A stretch of 64,000 bases of DNA. It comes from Octopus sinensis. Lineage: Eukaryota. Location: assembly GCF_006345805.1 (NCBI RefSeq), contig NC_043001.1:18972001-19036000 (forward strand), given 5' to 3'. The notes beneath the pieces are model-generated. The model searched no databases, was not told where the DNA came from, and was given only the letters and a program-made list of their open reading frames with translations. The translations under genes were made by a program, and so were the position numbers. Below are positions 41,709 through 55,429 of the stretch, piece by piece (position 1 is the stretch's first letter; each line of letters starts with the position of its first letter).

Positions 41709-41888
41709 CAGGCGTAGGAGTGGCTGTGTGGTAAGTAGTTTGCTTACGAACCACGTGGTTCCGGGTTCAGTCCCAATGCTTGGCACCTTGGGCAAGTGTA
41801 TTCTACTATAGCTTCGGGCCGACCTAAGCCTTGGGAGTGGATTTGGTAGACGGAAACTGAAAGAAGCTCATCGTACATATGTATATGC

Positions 41889-41933
<45 letters not shown>

Positions 41934-42168
41934 TGTCTGTATGTATGTGTATGTGTGTGTATAAGTTTGTGTGTCTGTGTTTGTCCCCCCAACATCGCTT
42001 GACAACCGATGCTGGTGTGTTTACGTCCCCGTAACTTAGCGGTTCGGCAAAAGAGATCCGATGGAATAAGTACTAGGCTTACAAAGAATAAGTCTTGGGG
42101 TCAATTTGCTCGACTAAAGGCGGTGCTCCAGCATGGCCACAGTCAAATGACTGAAACAAGTAAAAGAA
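41709..42168 (+). mobile_element. SINE family A
   Basis: Full copy. Confidence 0.85.
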
Positions 42169-42469
42169 TATTACTACAGAAAAATGAACATGCTTACCTT
42201 CAAGCCCAACTTTTACTTCTTGGTGTAAAAATTGATTATTTTAGGAAAATAGCTGTGTAAACTGCCTGCGCCGGTTAAATGTATTAGATCAGCTGAAAAA
42301 TTTCTAAAAGTGCTTCCAATAGGTGGCAGTATGTACTTTTGATAATTTATTGATTTAGGGAAAATTGTTCTGGCTCAACTCTTCCAAGCTTGCTGTGTGT
42401 GTCTGTGTGTATGTACGTATGTATTTCTGACGTGGTTCCGGGTTCAATCCCACTGCGTGGCACCGTGGT

Positions 42470-42511
<42 letters not shown>

Positions 42512-42543
42512 GTGTGTGTGTGTGTGTGTGTATAAATATATTT

Positions 42544-42613
<70 letters not shown>

Positions 42614-42643
42614 CATATAGATAGATAGATAGATAGATATATT

Positions 42644-42715
<72 letters not shown>

Positions 42716-42839
42716 TTCATGCATATATATAAACAAATGAATAAAAACGCACGATGGATAAGTGTCACCTCATCCAGCAGTTCTTTGCGTATCTTTTTTA
42801 TGAAGACTGAGAACATTACATCATTATAAAAGACCGTAA

Positions 42840-43660
42840 TCATCAGATGAGAACTTCATTTTTACAGAACGAAGGGGTATCCCAGGAATGCAGCAGAGAT
42901 GTGTCTGTCGAAGCCGAGCTATGAAAAAGGGAATGACTAACAATGCTAGCCCTTAAAAAGTAGTTCTTGAGAGAGTGGAATATGATATCTAAGGTCAGTG
43001 CCCTATGAGAGAAGGGGTCTGTTAGACTAGCACAAGGGTAGATTTGAGTGGGTATTTGTAGATAACTTATAGTAGGGTAAAAATGGCGGTGTTTTGGAGA
43101 TGTCATAAAAAAGGCTATTAAGGGGAAAAAAGGGAGATAAATGAATCAACTGTAGGATGAAAGAAAATTTAAAAAAGAAAAATAGCTAATAAAGGTAAAA
43201 AGAAAAATGCAAATGGAAAAAACAAGGAAATACAATAATACAATAACAATATACGAGTCAATTCAGCGTAGGGTCGGGGTATAGGAATTCCTATTTAATG
43301 GTAAAAGAAACGGAAAACCTAGGAGCATACAGTGGACAACGGTTTGGAAGATAGTGGGCATGGGGACGAATATGGCCGTCAAGCTTTATGGAATTGAAGG
43401 TGCAGTAAAGTAGAATGCAATGTATGGAGTTTAAAATTTACAATAAATAAAGCTAACATTTTAAATTTAGATTTAAAACCGGAAGGGTTATATAATGGAG
43501 TGCATGTTGTACGGGGTTGGGGGGAAAATATTAGATCGGATACCAGTGAAAGTCAGCCATAGGGAGTAGTCTATTGATTAACGATGGAATGTTAAAGGGG
43601 TGGCGATGATATCAAAAGTTGGATGGTATAATCATTTTAGAGTGAATCAGGTGAAGCAAG
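42840..43660 (-). pseudogene. Possible highly decayed Penelope-like RT/linker region
   Basis: FLRASIVSHSLFHSS weakly resembles the Penelope linker FRRxxNLRDxLVHS. Confidence 0.3.
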
Positions 43661-43942
43661 TCAAGACAATGTGTGTGTGTGTGTGAATGTATGTATGTAT
43701 GTATGTATGTATGTATGTAGGTATGTATATACATTTGTGCGCAGGCGTGGTGCGTGCATGTATATGTTTATATGTTATATGAATATATGCGCCATGTATA
43801 CTGCACATATATGCATATTATATATATATATATATATATATACCGTAAGGGGGATCAGCCATCTGAATGTGGCTAGGGACAGGGCGGGGTGACACAAACA
43901 CATACACATATACGCATATATATATATATATATATACATATG

Positions 43943-44052
43943 GCCTGCTCGCTTATCCAGCGGGGTGGCGTCATTTGGCGGCTAAAAACAATGCGAAGCG
44001 CATTGTGACCAGCGATGTGTAGCAACATCTGATAGCCTGGTCGGTAACGGTG

Positions 44053-44053
<1 letters not shown>
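43943..44053 (+). mobile_element. SINE family B1, 3' fragment
   Basis: Tail sequence only. Confidence 0.75.
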
Positions 44054-44084
<31 letters not shown>

Positions 44085-44096
44085 GTAAAAACAGGG

Positions 44097-44168
44097 TCTC
44101 ACTGAAGAATTCTCCCTGGGCAAATAAATTATCTTGTTTGCTGAATAGAAAGAAACTGCAGTCTGAGA
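44097..44168 (+). ncRNA. Type I hammerhead ribozyme
   Basis: TCTCA-CTGAAGA-(a)TTCT..AGAA(a)-GAAAC-TGCA-GTC-TGAGA. Helix III is the palindrome ACTGCAGT. Helix II has an A.A mismatch at its base and an inner GCAAATAA/TTGTTTGC stem. Confidence 0.7.
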
Positions 44169-44495
44169 ATTTTCCGGTTTAGTAAATGTTTTTATCTTCA
44201 TTTCACTTAATTTATCAAGCTTTTGTATTCCTAGCACATATTTCGCCTTAATGTACTGATATATGAAAAATATATGGCTTGTGTTAGTAATACCAGCGAT
44301 TATAATTATTTTTATTTTATATCGCAATTTGATTTGTTTACATATTTCTCGATAAATTATGAGCGCCAGGCGATATACCAGAATTCCCTAGTGTTGTCGG
44401 GACGTTCGGAGTCTGCGCAGTGATATGATTAGTTAGGAAGAGTAACTCATTAGACGCACATGCTTCTAGTGAGTTAGGATCCCAGAAAAACAGGG

Positions 44496-44567
44496 TCTCA
44501 CTGAAGAATTCTCCCTGGGCAAATAAATTATCTTGTTTGCTGAATAGAAAGAAACTGCAGTCTGAGA
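44496..44567 (+). ncRNA. Type I hammerhead ribozyme (second copy)
   Basis: Identical motif 399 bp downstream of the first. Confidence 0.7.
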
Positions 44568-44729
44568 ATTTTCCGGTTTAGTAAATGTTTTTATCTTCAT
44601 TTCACTTAATTTATCAAGCTTTTGTATTCCTAGCACATATTTCGCCTTAATGTACTGATATATGAAAAATATATGGCTTGTGTTAGTAATACCAGCGATT
44701 ATAATTATTTTTATTTTATCGCAATTTGA

Positions 44730-44841
<112 letters not shown>

Positions 44842-44844
44842 GAA

Positions 44845-45060
44845 AAAAAAGTCAAAAATAGAAAATGCTAAAAAAATTTATAGTGAACATTTCAGTACCG
44901 GTTTCGGTCATTTTGAGACCTTTTCAACTGTAACGATTAAATAATTAAATTTAGAAAAATTAGAAGAAAAGTTTTTTTAAAAGAATATTTCTATAGTAGT
45001 GTTCAGATTTAAGTGGCATTCTGCCTTTCTCTGACTCCCTTGTTTGCACTTGTGTGTCGG
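44845..45060 (-). mobile_element. pLTR-like remnant with a minimal HHR (U3:A8 variant) at 44893-44930
   Basis: CAG-TTGAAAA-GGTC-tcaaaat-GACC-GAAACCGGTA-CTG; helix III is the palindrome ACCGGT. Confidence 0.6.
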
Positions 45061-45143
45061 AGGTCGTTGTGAGTTCTTGGAAGGGTAGTAGAGGAAGAAG
45101 GCTGGTGGGGAAAGGGGGATGGGAGAATACATATACATATATA

Positions 45144-45197
<54 letters not shown>

Positions 45198-45243
45198 CTA
45201 TATATATATACATATACATATATATCTATATATATATCTATCT

Positions 45244-45298
<55 letters not shown>

Positions 45299-45974
45299 AC
45301 TCTGACATCTAAGTGCACTCATACCTACCTTGAAGGCTGCATGCATGTATGCATACACTATGCTTTCTATACATACCTAAACATATATGCACATCTGTAC
45401 CTTACTATATTTGTGACTGTATGTATGTATGGTTATGTTATTTGTGCGTGTACAAGTGTGCATTGTTAGTTTTCTTAATATTCACCTGTTTGCACATATA
45501 CCACCCCTTTTACGCCCTGCTCTCACTCATAAAACACAAACACCACTAGTTATTCTCCATAAAATACAACCCTACAATATTTATACTTATGCAATGCCCA
45601 CAAGTATACTTCGTTTATATGAGTTTGTGCATAAATTCATATAAGCACTTATTCACACCACGCGCAATAAAACTACTTCACTTACCACGGTTCCACGATA
45701 AAAGCTACTGACCTACCATCGAATGGCCCCAGTGACATTCAAACGAACAACAATTAAGCTAAAATTTCTTCTTCTGTCACATCTTGAAATCTTTTAATCT
45801 CCGCATTACTTTTCTTTTATACTCACCGCGTAAACAAGCACAAAGATCATATTTATCGAGTTCTATGTCTTTTATGACCAAATATTATTTATGCTATCCA
45901 AATATCCTGCCTCACACACGAACTCAACATCAGCAGAAGCAGATAAGACAAGAGAAACAGTGAACAACTATGAC

Positions 45975-46388
45975 TCTTTATTCTTTTACTTGTTGCAGTC
46001 ATTTGACTGTGACCATGCTGGGGCACCGCCTTTATTCGAGCAAATCGACCCCATGACTTATTCTTTGTAAGCCTAGTACTTATTCTATCAGTCTCTTTTT
46101 GCCGAACCGCTAAGTTACGGGGACGTAAACACATCAGCATCAGTTGTCAAGCGATGATGGGAGGACAAATACAGACACACAAACATATATACACACACAT
46201 ACATATATATACATATACATATATACAACGGGCTTCTTTCAGTTTCCGTCTACCAAATCCACTGACAATCTTTGATCGGCCCGAAGCTATAGTAGAAGAC
46301 ACTTGCTCAAGGTGCTACACAGTGGGACTGAACCCGGAACCATGTGGTTCGTAAGCAAGCTACTTGCCACACAGCCACTCTTACGCCT
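45975..46388 (-). mobile_element. SINE family A
   Basis: Full copy. Confidence 0.85.
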
Positions 46389-46934
46389 AAATAGCAGTAA
46401 ATAATTATTAGCGACAGAAGCAGTTTCAATGCTGAGAGGTAATATTTAAACATGGGTGTTCTGTTAGAACAGGCTATACTGCAGTTGTTACCATGAGAGA
46501 AACTCTCATATTGACTTTTGGTTAATATAGGCGCTCTTGTTCATATCACTAGCGGGGAGATAACTCACCCGCAAATCACCCGCCATTGTCAACACTGAAA
46601 CAACCAGATCAGGAAATTTCGACCTTCGTAGGCCTTGTCAATGGTAGACGTTCGGACGCTGGAGATTGCAGCAATATCTCTGCTAGCGATTTACATTGAA
46701 TCACCAGCAAGGAAACATATATAGAGCATTCTACTTAGAACATATACGTCTGTAAGCCAAAAACACTACCTATAAATATAGTTATCAAATCTTCACTAGT
46801 CTTAGATTCCTGCCCTGAAATGAAACTCCAAGTCACTGCAAATTATTTAAACATTCTGATTGTCACGACAAATCTACAAATAGAAGTTTTCTTTTCCTTA
46901 GAGGCAGTATTGCATAGTATAATCTAATTACTTA

Positions 46935-46969
46935 TCTATCCATCTATCTATCTATCTATCTATCTATCC

Positions 46970-47028
<59 letters not shown>

Positions 47029-47029
47029 C

Positions 47030-47100
<71 letters not shown>

Positions 47101-47105
47101 CATCC

Positions 47106-47152
<47 letters not shown>

Positions 47153-47169
47153 CATCTATCTATCTATCC

Positions 47170-47220
<51 letters not shown>

Positions 47221-47221
47221 C

Positions 47222-47284
<63 letters not shown>

Positions 47285-47520
47285 CATATATGCGTGCGTG
47301 TGTGTTTGTGTGTGTGTGTTTGTGTATGTGTGTGTGTTTGTGTGTGCGCGCGTACGTGTGTGTTTGTGTGTGTGTGTGTTTGTGTGTGTGTGTTTGTGTA
47401 TGTGTGTGTGTTTGTGTGTGCGCGCGTACGTGTGTGTTTGTGTGTGTGTGTTTGTGTGTGTGTTTGTGTATGTGTGTGTGTGTGTTTGTGTGTGTGTGCG
47501 TACGTGTGTGTGATTGATTG
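46935..47520. repeat. (TATC)n of ~350 bp followed by compound (TG)n
   Basis: Direct reading. Confidence 0.95.
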
Positions 47521-47836
47521 ATTGATTAATTGCGAGACTGACTGAACGTGTTTAAAATTTTACGTACATGCTGTATAAACAAAAGTTAAATGAAAAGGTA
47601 CATTAAAGTTAGAACAATTGCCGTAATCTGTTTAGAAAAATTAAAAGACAAATATTCTATTTAGATATATTAAATCTTTTTACCTTATATTCCAACCGGT
47701 TTTCACTCTAAGAATTATTCAAATGAAAATGAAGAAATTAGTTTTTAAAGCCGTACTACCTAAGGGAGCCTGCCAGGCAGATATAGTAAGAATCAGATTA
47801 CAATTGCTCTGAAAAATGTGCATTTTCATCCATTTG

Positions 47837-47874
<38 letters not shown>

Positions 47875-47877
47875 TTT

Positions 47878-48240
47878 ACTATTCTGTTGTGTCTGGGGAG
47901 AGTCATTTTCTTTTTGTGCCTTATAATATAACACACTCACAGGTAGAATTTCCACTTTCTTTCTTATTTTTATTTTTCTAAAATTTTCGTTGCGTCTTAC
48001 AACTTTTTCAATAGTTTTGACTCAAGAAGCTCAAGAGTCAAAACTATTGAAAAGGTTGCAAGATGCAACGAAAATTTTAGGAGAATAAAAATAAGAAAGA
48101 AAGTGGAAATTCTACCGGTAAGTGTGTTATATTATAAGGCACAAAAAGAAAATGACTCTCCCCAGACACAACAGAATATGCTTCAATACACGAACTCATA
48201 TAAAGAATCTTGCAAACCAAATCCAAAAACGGAATATTCT
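47878..48240. mobile_element. Long inverted repeat (arms ~145 bp), Penelope pLTR-like, with an HHR-like motif in each arm
   Basis: 47878-48022 is the reverse complement of 48036-48180. Motif CTA-TTGAAAA-g-GTTGC-aagat-GCAAC-GAAAATTT-TAG at 48044-48080. Confidence 0.7.
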
Positions 48241-48586
48241 TTACTAGTTTCAGTCATTAGATTGCAGCTATGCTGGAGTTCCTCTTTGTCAGGTTAGTCG
48301 AACAAAGTGACCCCAGTCGTTGTTTTACGTCTGGTTCTCATTATTTTAGATAGATTATTAGATAAATTTAGTTATAGCTACATGTATACACTCTGAATAC
48401 ACACGTGCCTACATATTAATTAGTATACAACAGTTATTCAGATGCAGACTACCGCTGATTTCATATGAATAGATAGAACATTTTGACAGGCTTGACGGAT
48501 GAAGAGTTTTTCTACAGACTCATTTGCGGTCTGATCTCCACACGAAACTAGTGGTTACCAGTATATGAATAATTGTGTTACACTTA

Positions 48587-49099
48587 TCTATATATATAAA
48601 ACTGTAGTTGTGTGAGTGTCTGTCCCCTTCGATTTAGATTCCTGACTACTCCCACATTTTGCGGTGCAGTTTGAGCAAATTCGGGTATCTTATAGTCGTG
48701 ATTCATATCAAGCCCGTCTGAGTATTAGCGCGCGTCTACGATGAGTCTACGATTTTAAAAATAATTTAACATAATTTTTTATTCCATTTTAATGCATAAT
48801 TTTTCGTGTGTCGATGGCGGCGGAGTTGGCGTCCATGGTCACACCTGCACCTGTTTGCTTCTCCCCCTTCTTCCCTCCCTCGTGAAGCTGTGGGGAAGGG
48901 AGTGTAAGGAAATCAACGTCGTAAAGCGTTGTCAAGGAGACCAGCGTTCTTTTAGAACAACGACTTCATGGCTTGAAGACACCAAAACAGAAATGGCTAA
49001 GAAAGCCCGAATTGGCATCTATAAGGGAAGTAACTCTCTAAAAATGCTTATATAGTTATTTCCCTTACAAACCCAAGCAACGCCGGGCGATACTGCTAG
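48587..49099 (+). mobile_element. Non-autonomous Helitron (long variant)
   Basis: A|TC start, hairpin plus CTAG|T end. Confidence 0.85.
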
Positions 49100-49231
49100 T
49101 TTATAAATAAATGTTTCATCCATTTATCTACAGCGAGTTCTGTCAATACTTCCTAAGTTATATAAAACAATGCATTCATTGCATACACACAGACACACAC
49201 AAATACTCATGTAATACATCCATATTAGCAA

Positions 49232-49533
49232 TTGTTGTTTGTTCCTTCTCGAGCCACGCCTGGCTCATAAGGGCCGGTTTCCCGGTTTCCTTGGCGTATA
49301 GGTTCCCCACCTGGACGGGACACCGGTCCGTCGCAGGTGAGTTGCAGGATGCGGGAGGAAAGAGTGAGAGAAAGTTGTTGCGAAAGAGTCAGCAGAAGTT
49401 CGCCATTACCTTCTGCAGGAGCCGCGTGGAGCTTAGGTATTTCGCTCATAAACACACACATCGCTTGGAGATTCGAACCCGCGATCTCTCGACCACAAGT
49501 TCGCTGCTCTAACCGCTAGGCCATGTGCCTCCA
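49232..49533 (-). mobile_element. SINE family B2
   Basis: 13-bp duplication atattagcaattg. Confidence 0.85.
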
Positions 49534-49859
49534 CTATATTAGCAATTGCAATAAACTAGGAGTTATTTCAATATTTTCTATTGCATATGTATTCAAGCTG
49601 TTCATCTAAATAGCTACTTCACTTGTTTTGCAAAACTATCCAGAAGCACGATATCGTTCGCAATACCATAAATCAAATATGATAAAATTAATAAGTTAGT
49701 GTTAACGCATTTAATGTTTAGAGCTTTTAAATTATATCTAGAAATAAATATGCAGTATTGAAGATATTTTATATCCAGAAAGACTATCACAACATAAGAA
49801 TTTCCATTCAAATATTTCCCAGTTTCCTGTCTGATCTGTACAGGCTGTAAACCTATATG

Positions 49860-50028
49860 CATTGTCCATTACCATTACTGTGATGATTGTTATGCTGTTG
49901 GTGTTGTTGTTGCTGTTGTTGGTCTTCTTCTTCTTCTTCTTCTTCTTCTTCTTCTTCTTCTTCTTCTTCTTCTTCTTCTTCTTCTTCTTCTTCTTCTTCT
50001 TCTTCTTCTTCTTCTTCTTCTCCTGCTT

Positions 50029-50083
<55 letters not shown>

Positions 50084-50093
50084 GAATTTTATA

Positions 50094-50181
<88 letters not shown>

Positions 50182-50240
50182 TATTATTATTATTATTATC
50201 GTTATTGTTATTATTATCATTGTTGTTATTATTTTTATTA
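49860..50240. repeat. Compound trinucleotide field (TTG)(TTC)n(TTA)n(ATC)
   Basis: Direct reading. Confidence 0.95.
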
Positions 50241-50917
50241 CCATCATCATCATCATAGATGTTCATAATATAATTTCCTGTAAGATAAATGTCTATAAAA
50301 TAAACACCTCTTTGGTTCTGGCTGTCTGTTATCAAATCGATAGTTTGGTGGTGAAATTTCTTACATTAAGTTGTGTGTCTTGTACATAGGTTATGAAAAG
50401 CTTACAACAACATTTCTTTCGCTAGTCATAACGTTGATTATAGCCACATTGTCGCTTTTATTATCCAACACAGTCGCTTTTGTTGATCCTTTGTTATCGT
50501 TGATTCTGGTTTTATCCACCGTAGTCGCTACTGTCGATTACCTTTTGTTGGTAACTTCTTTTTTAGTCTTTCTTCAAGTTTCAGTGATAATATTTATAGT
50601 TTCCAAAATGTAGCTTTTTTCTCTAAAATCTGGAGGTCTATTATCCAAATGCCAACCCGTTAAGAATTTTATCTGGAAAATTCTCTGGATAACAGTTCGG
50701 TCATTCTGTATAACAATGTCGATTATGGAATTTTTTTTGATTTTATTTATATTGCTTTATCCTTTTTCTTATTGTGCCCGCTGCTATAAAGAGGTATATG
50801 CGTACGTGAACGTAGCACATGTATGTATGTATGTATGTATTTATGTATGTATGTATGTATGTATGTATGTATGTATGTATGTATGTATGTATGTATGTGT
50901 GTATGTGTATGTGCATG

Positions 50918-50968
<51 letters not shown>

Positions 50969-51174
50969 GGTAATGTAGTGTAATAGAGGTAGGCGTGACA
51001 CTCCGATTGGTGCCTCACTTTACCCGCGGGCGAATCTCCAAGGTTGGCTGGATATTTAGGCTTTATAGTGACATATAAACCCGTGTCACGCTGGCTTAGA
51101 ATATAATTTAAATAAACTCACCCAATCAATTGTCTAGTAGTATATTCTATAGACCCCGGATAGATGAAACTGAA

Positions 51175-51425
51175 GGTGCGTGGTCAAGCAGTTAGGGTTT
51201 TCCACTCTCGATCACAAGATCGAGGTTTCGATTTCCAGACCGTCCGGTACGTTGTGTTCTTCAGCAAAAACACTTCCTTTCACGTTGCTCCAGTCCACCC
51301 AATTGTAAATGAGTGACCTTCTGATGGAATAGCGTTCTGTTCAGTGGGAATGTTGTGGTCTTTGTCCATTACACGTCATGGAAACCAGGTAACCGACCCT
51401 ATGAGTCCCAGGGTTGAGAGACAGG
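51175..51425 (+). mobile_element. SINE family D (copied at 52776-53026)
   Basis: Head and core present. Confidence 0.7.
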
Positions 51426-51509
51426 GGTTCATGATAGTAATTGCAATTGAAAGGCTAAGTTTTAACCACGGCAAGATTTGAATCCAGAATCTAAAGAGCC
51501 CAAACAAAT

Positions 51510-51829
51510 ACCTATTTCTTTACTACCCACAAGGGGCTAAACACAGAGAGGACAAACAAGGACAGACAAACGGATTAAGTCGATTATATCGAAATACCTA
51601 TTTTTTTACTACCCACAAGGACCAAACACAGAGGAAACAAACAAGGACAGACAAACGGATTAAGTCGATTATATCGACTCCATTGCATAACTGGTACTTA
51701 CTAAATCGACCCCGAAAGGATGAAAGGCAAAGTCGACCTCGGTGGAATTTGAACTCAGAACGTAACGGCCGACGAAATACCGCTAAGCATTTCGCCTGGC
51801 GTGCTAACGTTTCTGCCAGCTCACCGCCC
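51510..51829 (-). mobile_element. SINE family C with duplicated tail (copied at 53111-53429)
   Basis: Inside the 1601-bp duplication. Confidence 0.8.
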
Positions 51830-52519
51830 TTAAAGAGCTTAAACAAATACCGTAAAGCATTTTCTCTGAAGGCTCCAATGGTTCGGCAACTTCATCACCC
51901 TATACATCTTTGGTCCTAATTGTCTGTAACCAAATCGATAGTTTCTGATAAAATTTCTTACATTTGATTTTATATATCTTTTATACATAGGTTATGAAAA
52001 GCTTACAACAACATTTCTTTCGCTAGTCATAACGTTGATTATAGCCACATTGTCGCTTTTATTATCCAACACAGTCGCTTTTGTTGATCCTTTGTTATCG
52101 TTGATTCTGGTTTTATCCACCGTAGTCGCTACTGTCGATTACCTTTTGTTGGTAACTTCTTTTTTAGTCTTTCTTCAAGTTTCAGTGATAATATTTATAG
52201 TTTCCAAAATGTAGCTTTTTTCTCTAAAATCTGGAGGTCTATTATCCAAATGCCAACCCGTTAAGAATTTTATCTGGAAAATTCTCTGGATAACAGTTCG
52301 GTCATTCTGTATAACAATGTCGATTATGGAATTTTTTTTGATTTTATTTATATTGCTTTATCCTTTTTCTTATTGTGCCCGCTGCTATAAAGAGGGTATA
52401 TGCGTACGTGAACGTAGCACATGTATGTATGTATGTATGTATTTATGTATGTATGTATGTATGTATGTATGTATGTATGTATGTATGTATGTATGTATGT
52501 GTGTATGTGTATGTGCATG

Positions 52520-52570
<51 letters not shown>

Positions 52571-54297
52571 GGTAATGTAGTGTAATAGAGGTAGGCGTGA
52601 CACTCCGATTGGTGCCTCACTTTACCCGCGGGCGAATCTCCAAGGTTGGCTGGATATTTAGGCTTTATAGTGACATATAAACCCGTGTCACGCTGGCTTA
52701 GAATATAATTTAAATAAACTCACCCAATCAATTGTCTAGTAGTATATTCTATAGACCCCGGATAGATGAAACTGAAGGTGCGTGGTCAAGCAGTTAGGGT
52801 TTTCCACTCTCGATCACAAGATCGAGGTTTCGATTTCCAGACCGTCCGGTACGTTGTGTTCTTCAGCAAAAACACTTCCTTTCACGTTGCTCCAGTCCAC
52901 CCAATTGTAAATGAGTGACCTTCTGATGGAATAGCGTTCTGTTCAGTGGGAATGTTGTGGTCTTTGTCCATTACACGTCATGGAAACCAGGTAACCGACC
53001 CTATGAGTCCCAGGGTTGAGAGACAGGGGTTCATGATAGTAATTGCAATTGAAAGGCTAAGTTTTAACCACGGCAAGATTTGAATCCAGAATCTAAAGAG
53101 CCCAAACAAATACCTATTTCTTTACTACCCACAAGGGGCTAAACACAGAGAGGACAAACAAGGACAGACAAACGGATTAAGTCGATTATATCGAAATACC
53201 TATTTTTTTACTACCCACAAGGACCAAACACAGAGGAAACAAACAAGGACAGACAAACGGATTAAGTCGATTATATCGACTCCATTGCATAACTGGTACT
53301 TACTAATCGACCCCGAAAGGATGAAAGGCAAAGTCGACCTCGGTGGAATTTGAACTCAGAACGTAACGGCCGACGAAATACCGCTAAGCATTTCGCCTGG
53401 CGTGCTAACGTTTCTGCCAGCTCACCGCCCTTAAAGAGCTTAAACAAATACCGTAAAGCATTTTCTCTGAAGGCTCCAATGGTTCGGCAACTTCATCACC
53501 CTATACATCTTTGGTCCTAATTGTCTGTAACCAAATCGATAGTTTCTGATAAAATTTCTTACATTTGATTTTATATATCTTTTATACATAGGTTATGAAA
53601 AGCTTATAGCAACTTCTTTCACTGGTTATAATGTTGATAATAGCAGCATATTTGCCTTTATTATCCAACATGTTTATTCTTTGCTGTTGATTCCACCACT
53701 ATATTTTTGAAGCAGTGAAAGTGCCTTGCTTTGGATGATCTCTCTACAAGATGTAGCGACCGGACGTCTCTCAAATCACACTCAACCATCTGAAAAATGG
53801 AAGAAGACGTATATCCGGAATAATATAACCTTAAATGTATTATGTCTAAAATATAAATGTTTTGATTGTATGTCTTCTCCATTACGACTCTGAGCTGAAG
53901 CCAGTCGAGAAAAGCAACAATCGTGTAATCTCTCTGTATAGCGATGTCGATTATTTAAACAACTATAATTAGAATTAGAGCATCGGATAAAATATCTTTC
54001 GATATTTGTTCCAGCTCTTTACGTTCTGAGTTCAAATTCTACCTAGGTCAGCTTTGCATTTCATCATTTCTGGATAGAGAAAAAGGAAGTACCAGTCAAG
54101 TACTGGGGTTGATGTAATTGACTAAACCCCTACTCTCAAAGTTGTTGGCCTTGTGCCTCAATTTGAAACAATTATAAATTCAGAGAACTGATCGATTTGA
54201 ATACACAGAGCGAACACTTCCTGTTGGGAAAGAACTCTCTACGCTTAGAAACAACTCGTATAGGAGTTAGTTTTCTTACCATTGTTTTATCGCGGTA

Positions 54298-54793
54298 TTT
54301 TACTCTTTTACTTGTTTCAGTTATTTGACTGCGGCCATGCTGGAGCACCGCCTTTAGTCGAGCAAATCGACCCCAGGACTTATTCTCTGTAAGCCTAGTA
54401 TTTATTCTATCGGTCCTTTTTGCCGAACCGCTAAGTTACGGGGACATAAACACACGAGCATCGGTTGTCAAGTGATGGTGGTGGGAAAACACAGACGCAC
54501 AAACATATACACACACATACATATATACGACGGGCTTCTTTCAGTTTCCGTCTACCAAATCCACTCACAAGGTTTTAGTCGGCTCGAGGCTATATTAGAA
54601 GACACTTGCCCAAGGTGCCACGCAGTGGGACTGAACCTGGAGCACACATTTGTTACTTTTTTTTTCAGTAGCTTAATAAAAGTACTTACATTCTATCGGT
54701 CTCTTTTGCCGAACCGCTAAGTTATGGGGACGTAAACACACCAGCATCGGTTGTCAAGCGATGTCGGAGGGACAAACACAGACACAAGAACAA

Positions 54794-54842
<49 letters not shown>

Positions 54843-54996
54843 AGACGGGCTTCTTTTCAGTTTCCATCTACCAAATCCACTCACAATCCGAGGCTATAGT
54901 AGAAGACACTTGTCCAAGGTGCCACGCCGTGGGACTGGAGCCAGAACCATGTGGTTGGTTAGCAAACTACTTACCACACAGCCACTCCTGCGCCTA
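54298..54996 (-). mobile_element. Two adjacent SINE family A copies
   Basis: About 54298-54640 and 54690-54996. Confidence 0.8.
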
Positions 54997-55429
54997 TTTT
55001 GTTATCCAAATTTCAAGTTAAATTTTGACTTTCATGTTTTCTGTTGCTTCTTGGTTTTCATCGTTGTTATTTCTTATTGTTGCCTCTGTTTTCAATTTGT
55101 CGGCTTCCATGAAAAACAGAAAACAGTTTTTCTTTTGTTTTCATGTTTCGTTGCCATTTGTATTGATTTTCCGTGATATTGTACAAGGTATTTTTGTTAT
55201 AGTTTTCTAGTAGTATAAAACCCAAACAGCTGTATATATTCCTAGTAAATGTAATCTTTCAAAGTAAGAATTCGAGTAACAACTAAATGCAGTTATTACT
55301 TTTGTTTCTCTTTCCCGTCTAGCTAGTTCATAAACAATCCAATTGAAAATAATTAAAACTGTAAATAAGCAAGAGTATTTTTGCCTCTAACCTTATTTTT
55401 TGGTATTTGACTCTGTTTTAGATTTTAGT

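Larger units (their letters stand above)
50389..53590. repeat. Near-identical 1601-bp tandem duplication
   Basis: ggttatgaaaag recurs at 50389, 51990 and 53591; the differences I found are small indels. Confidence 0.9.

Noticed and set aside
42780-42850. CTGATGA on the minus strand
   Set aside because: No downstream GAAA or helix III.
45520-45800. GIY-YIG endonuclease remnant
   Set aside because: Similarity too weak to support by eye.
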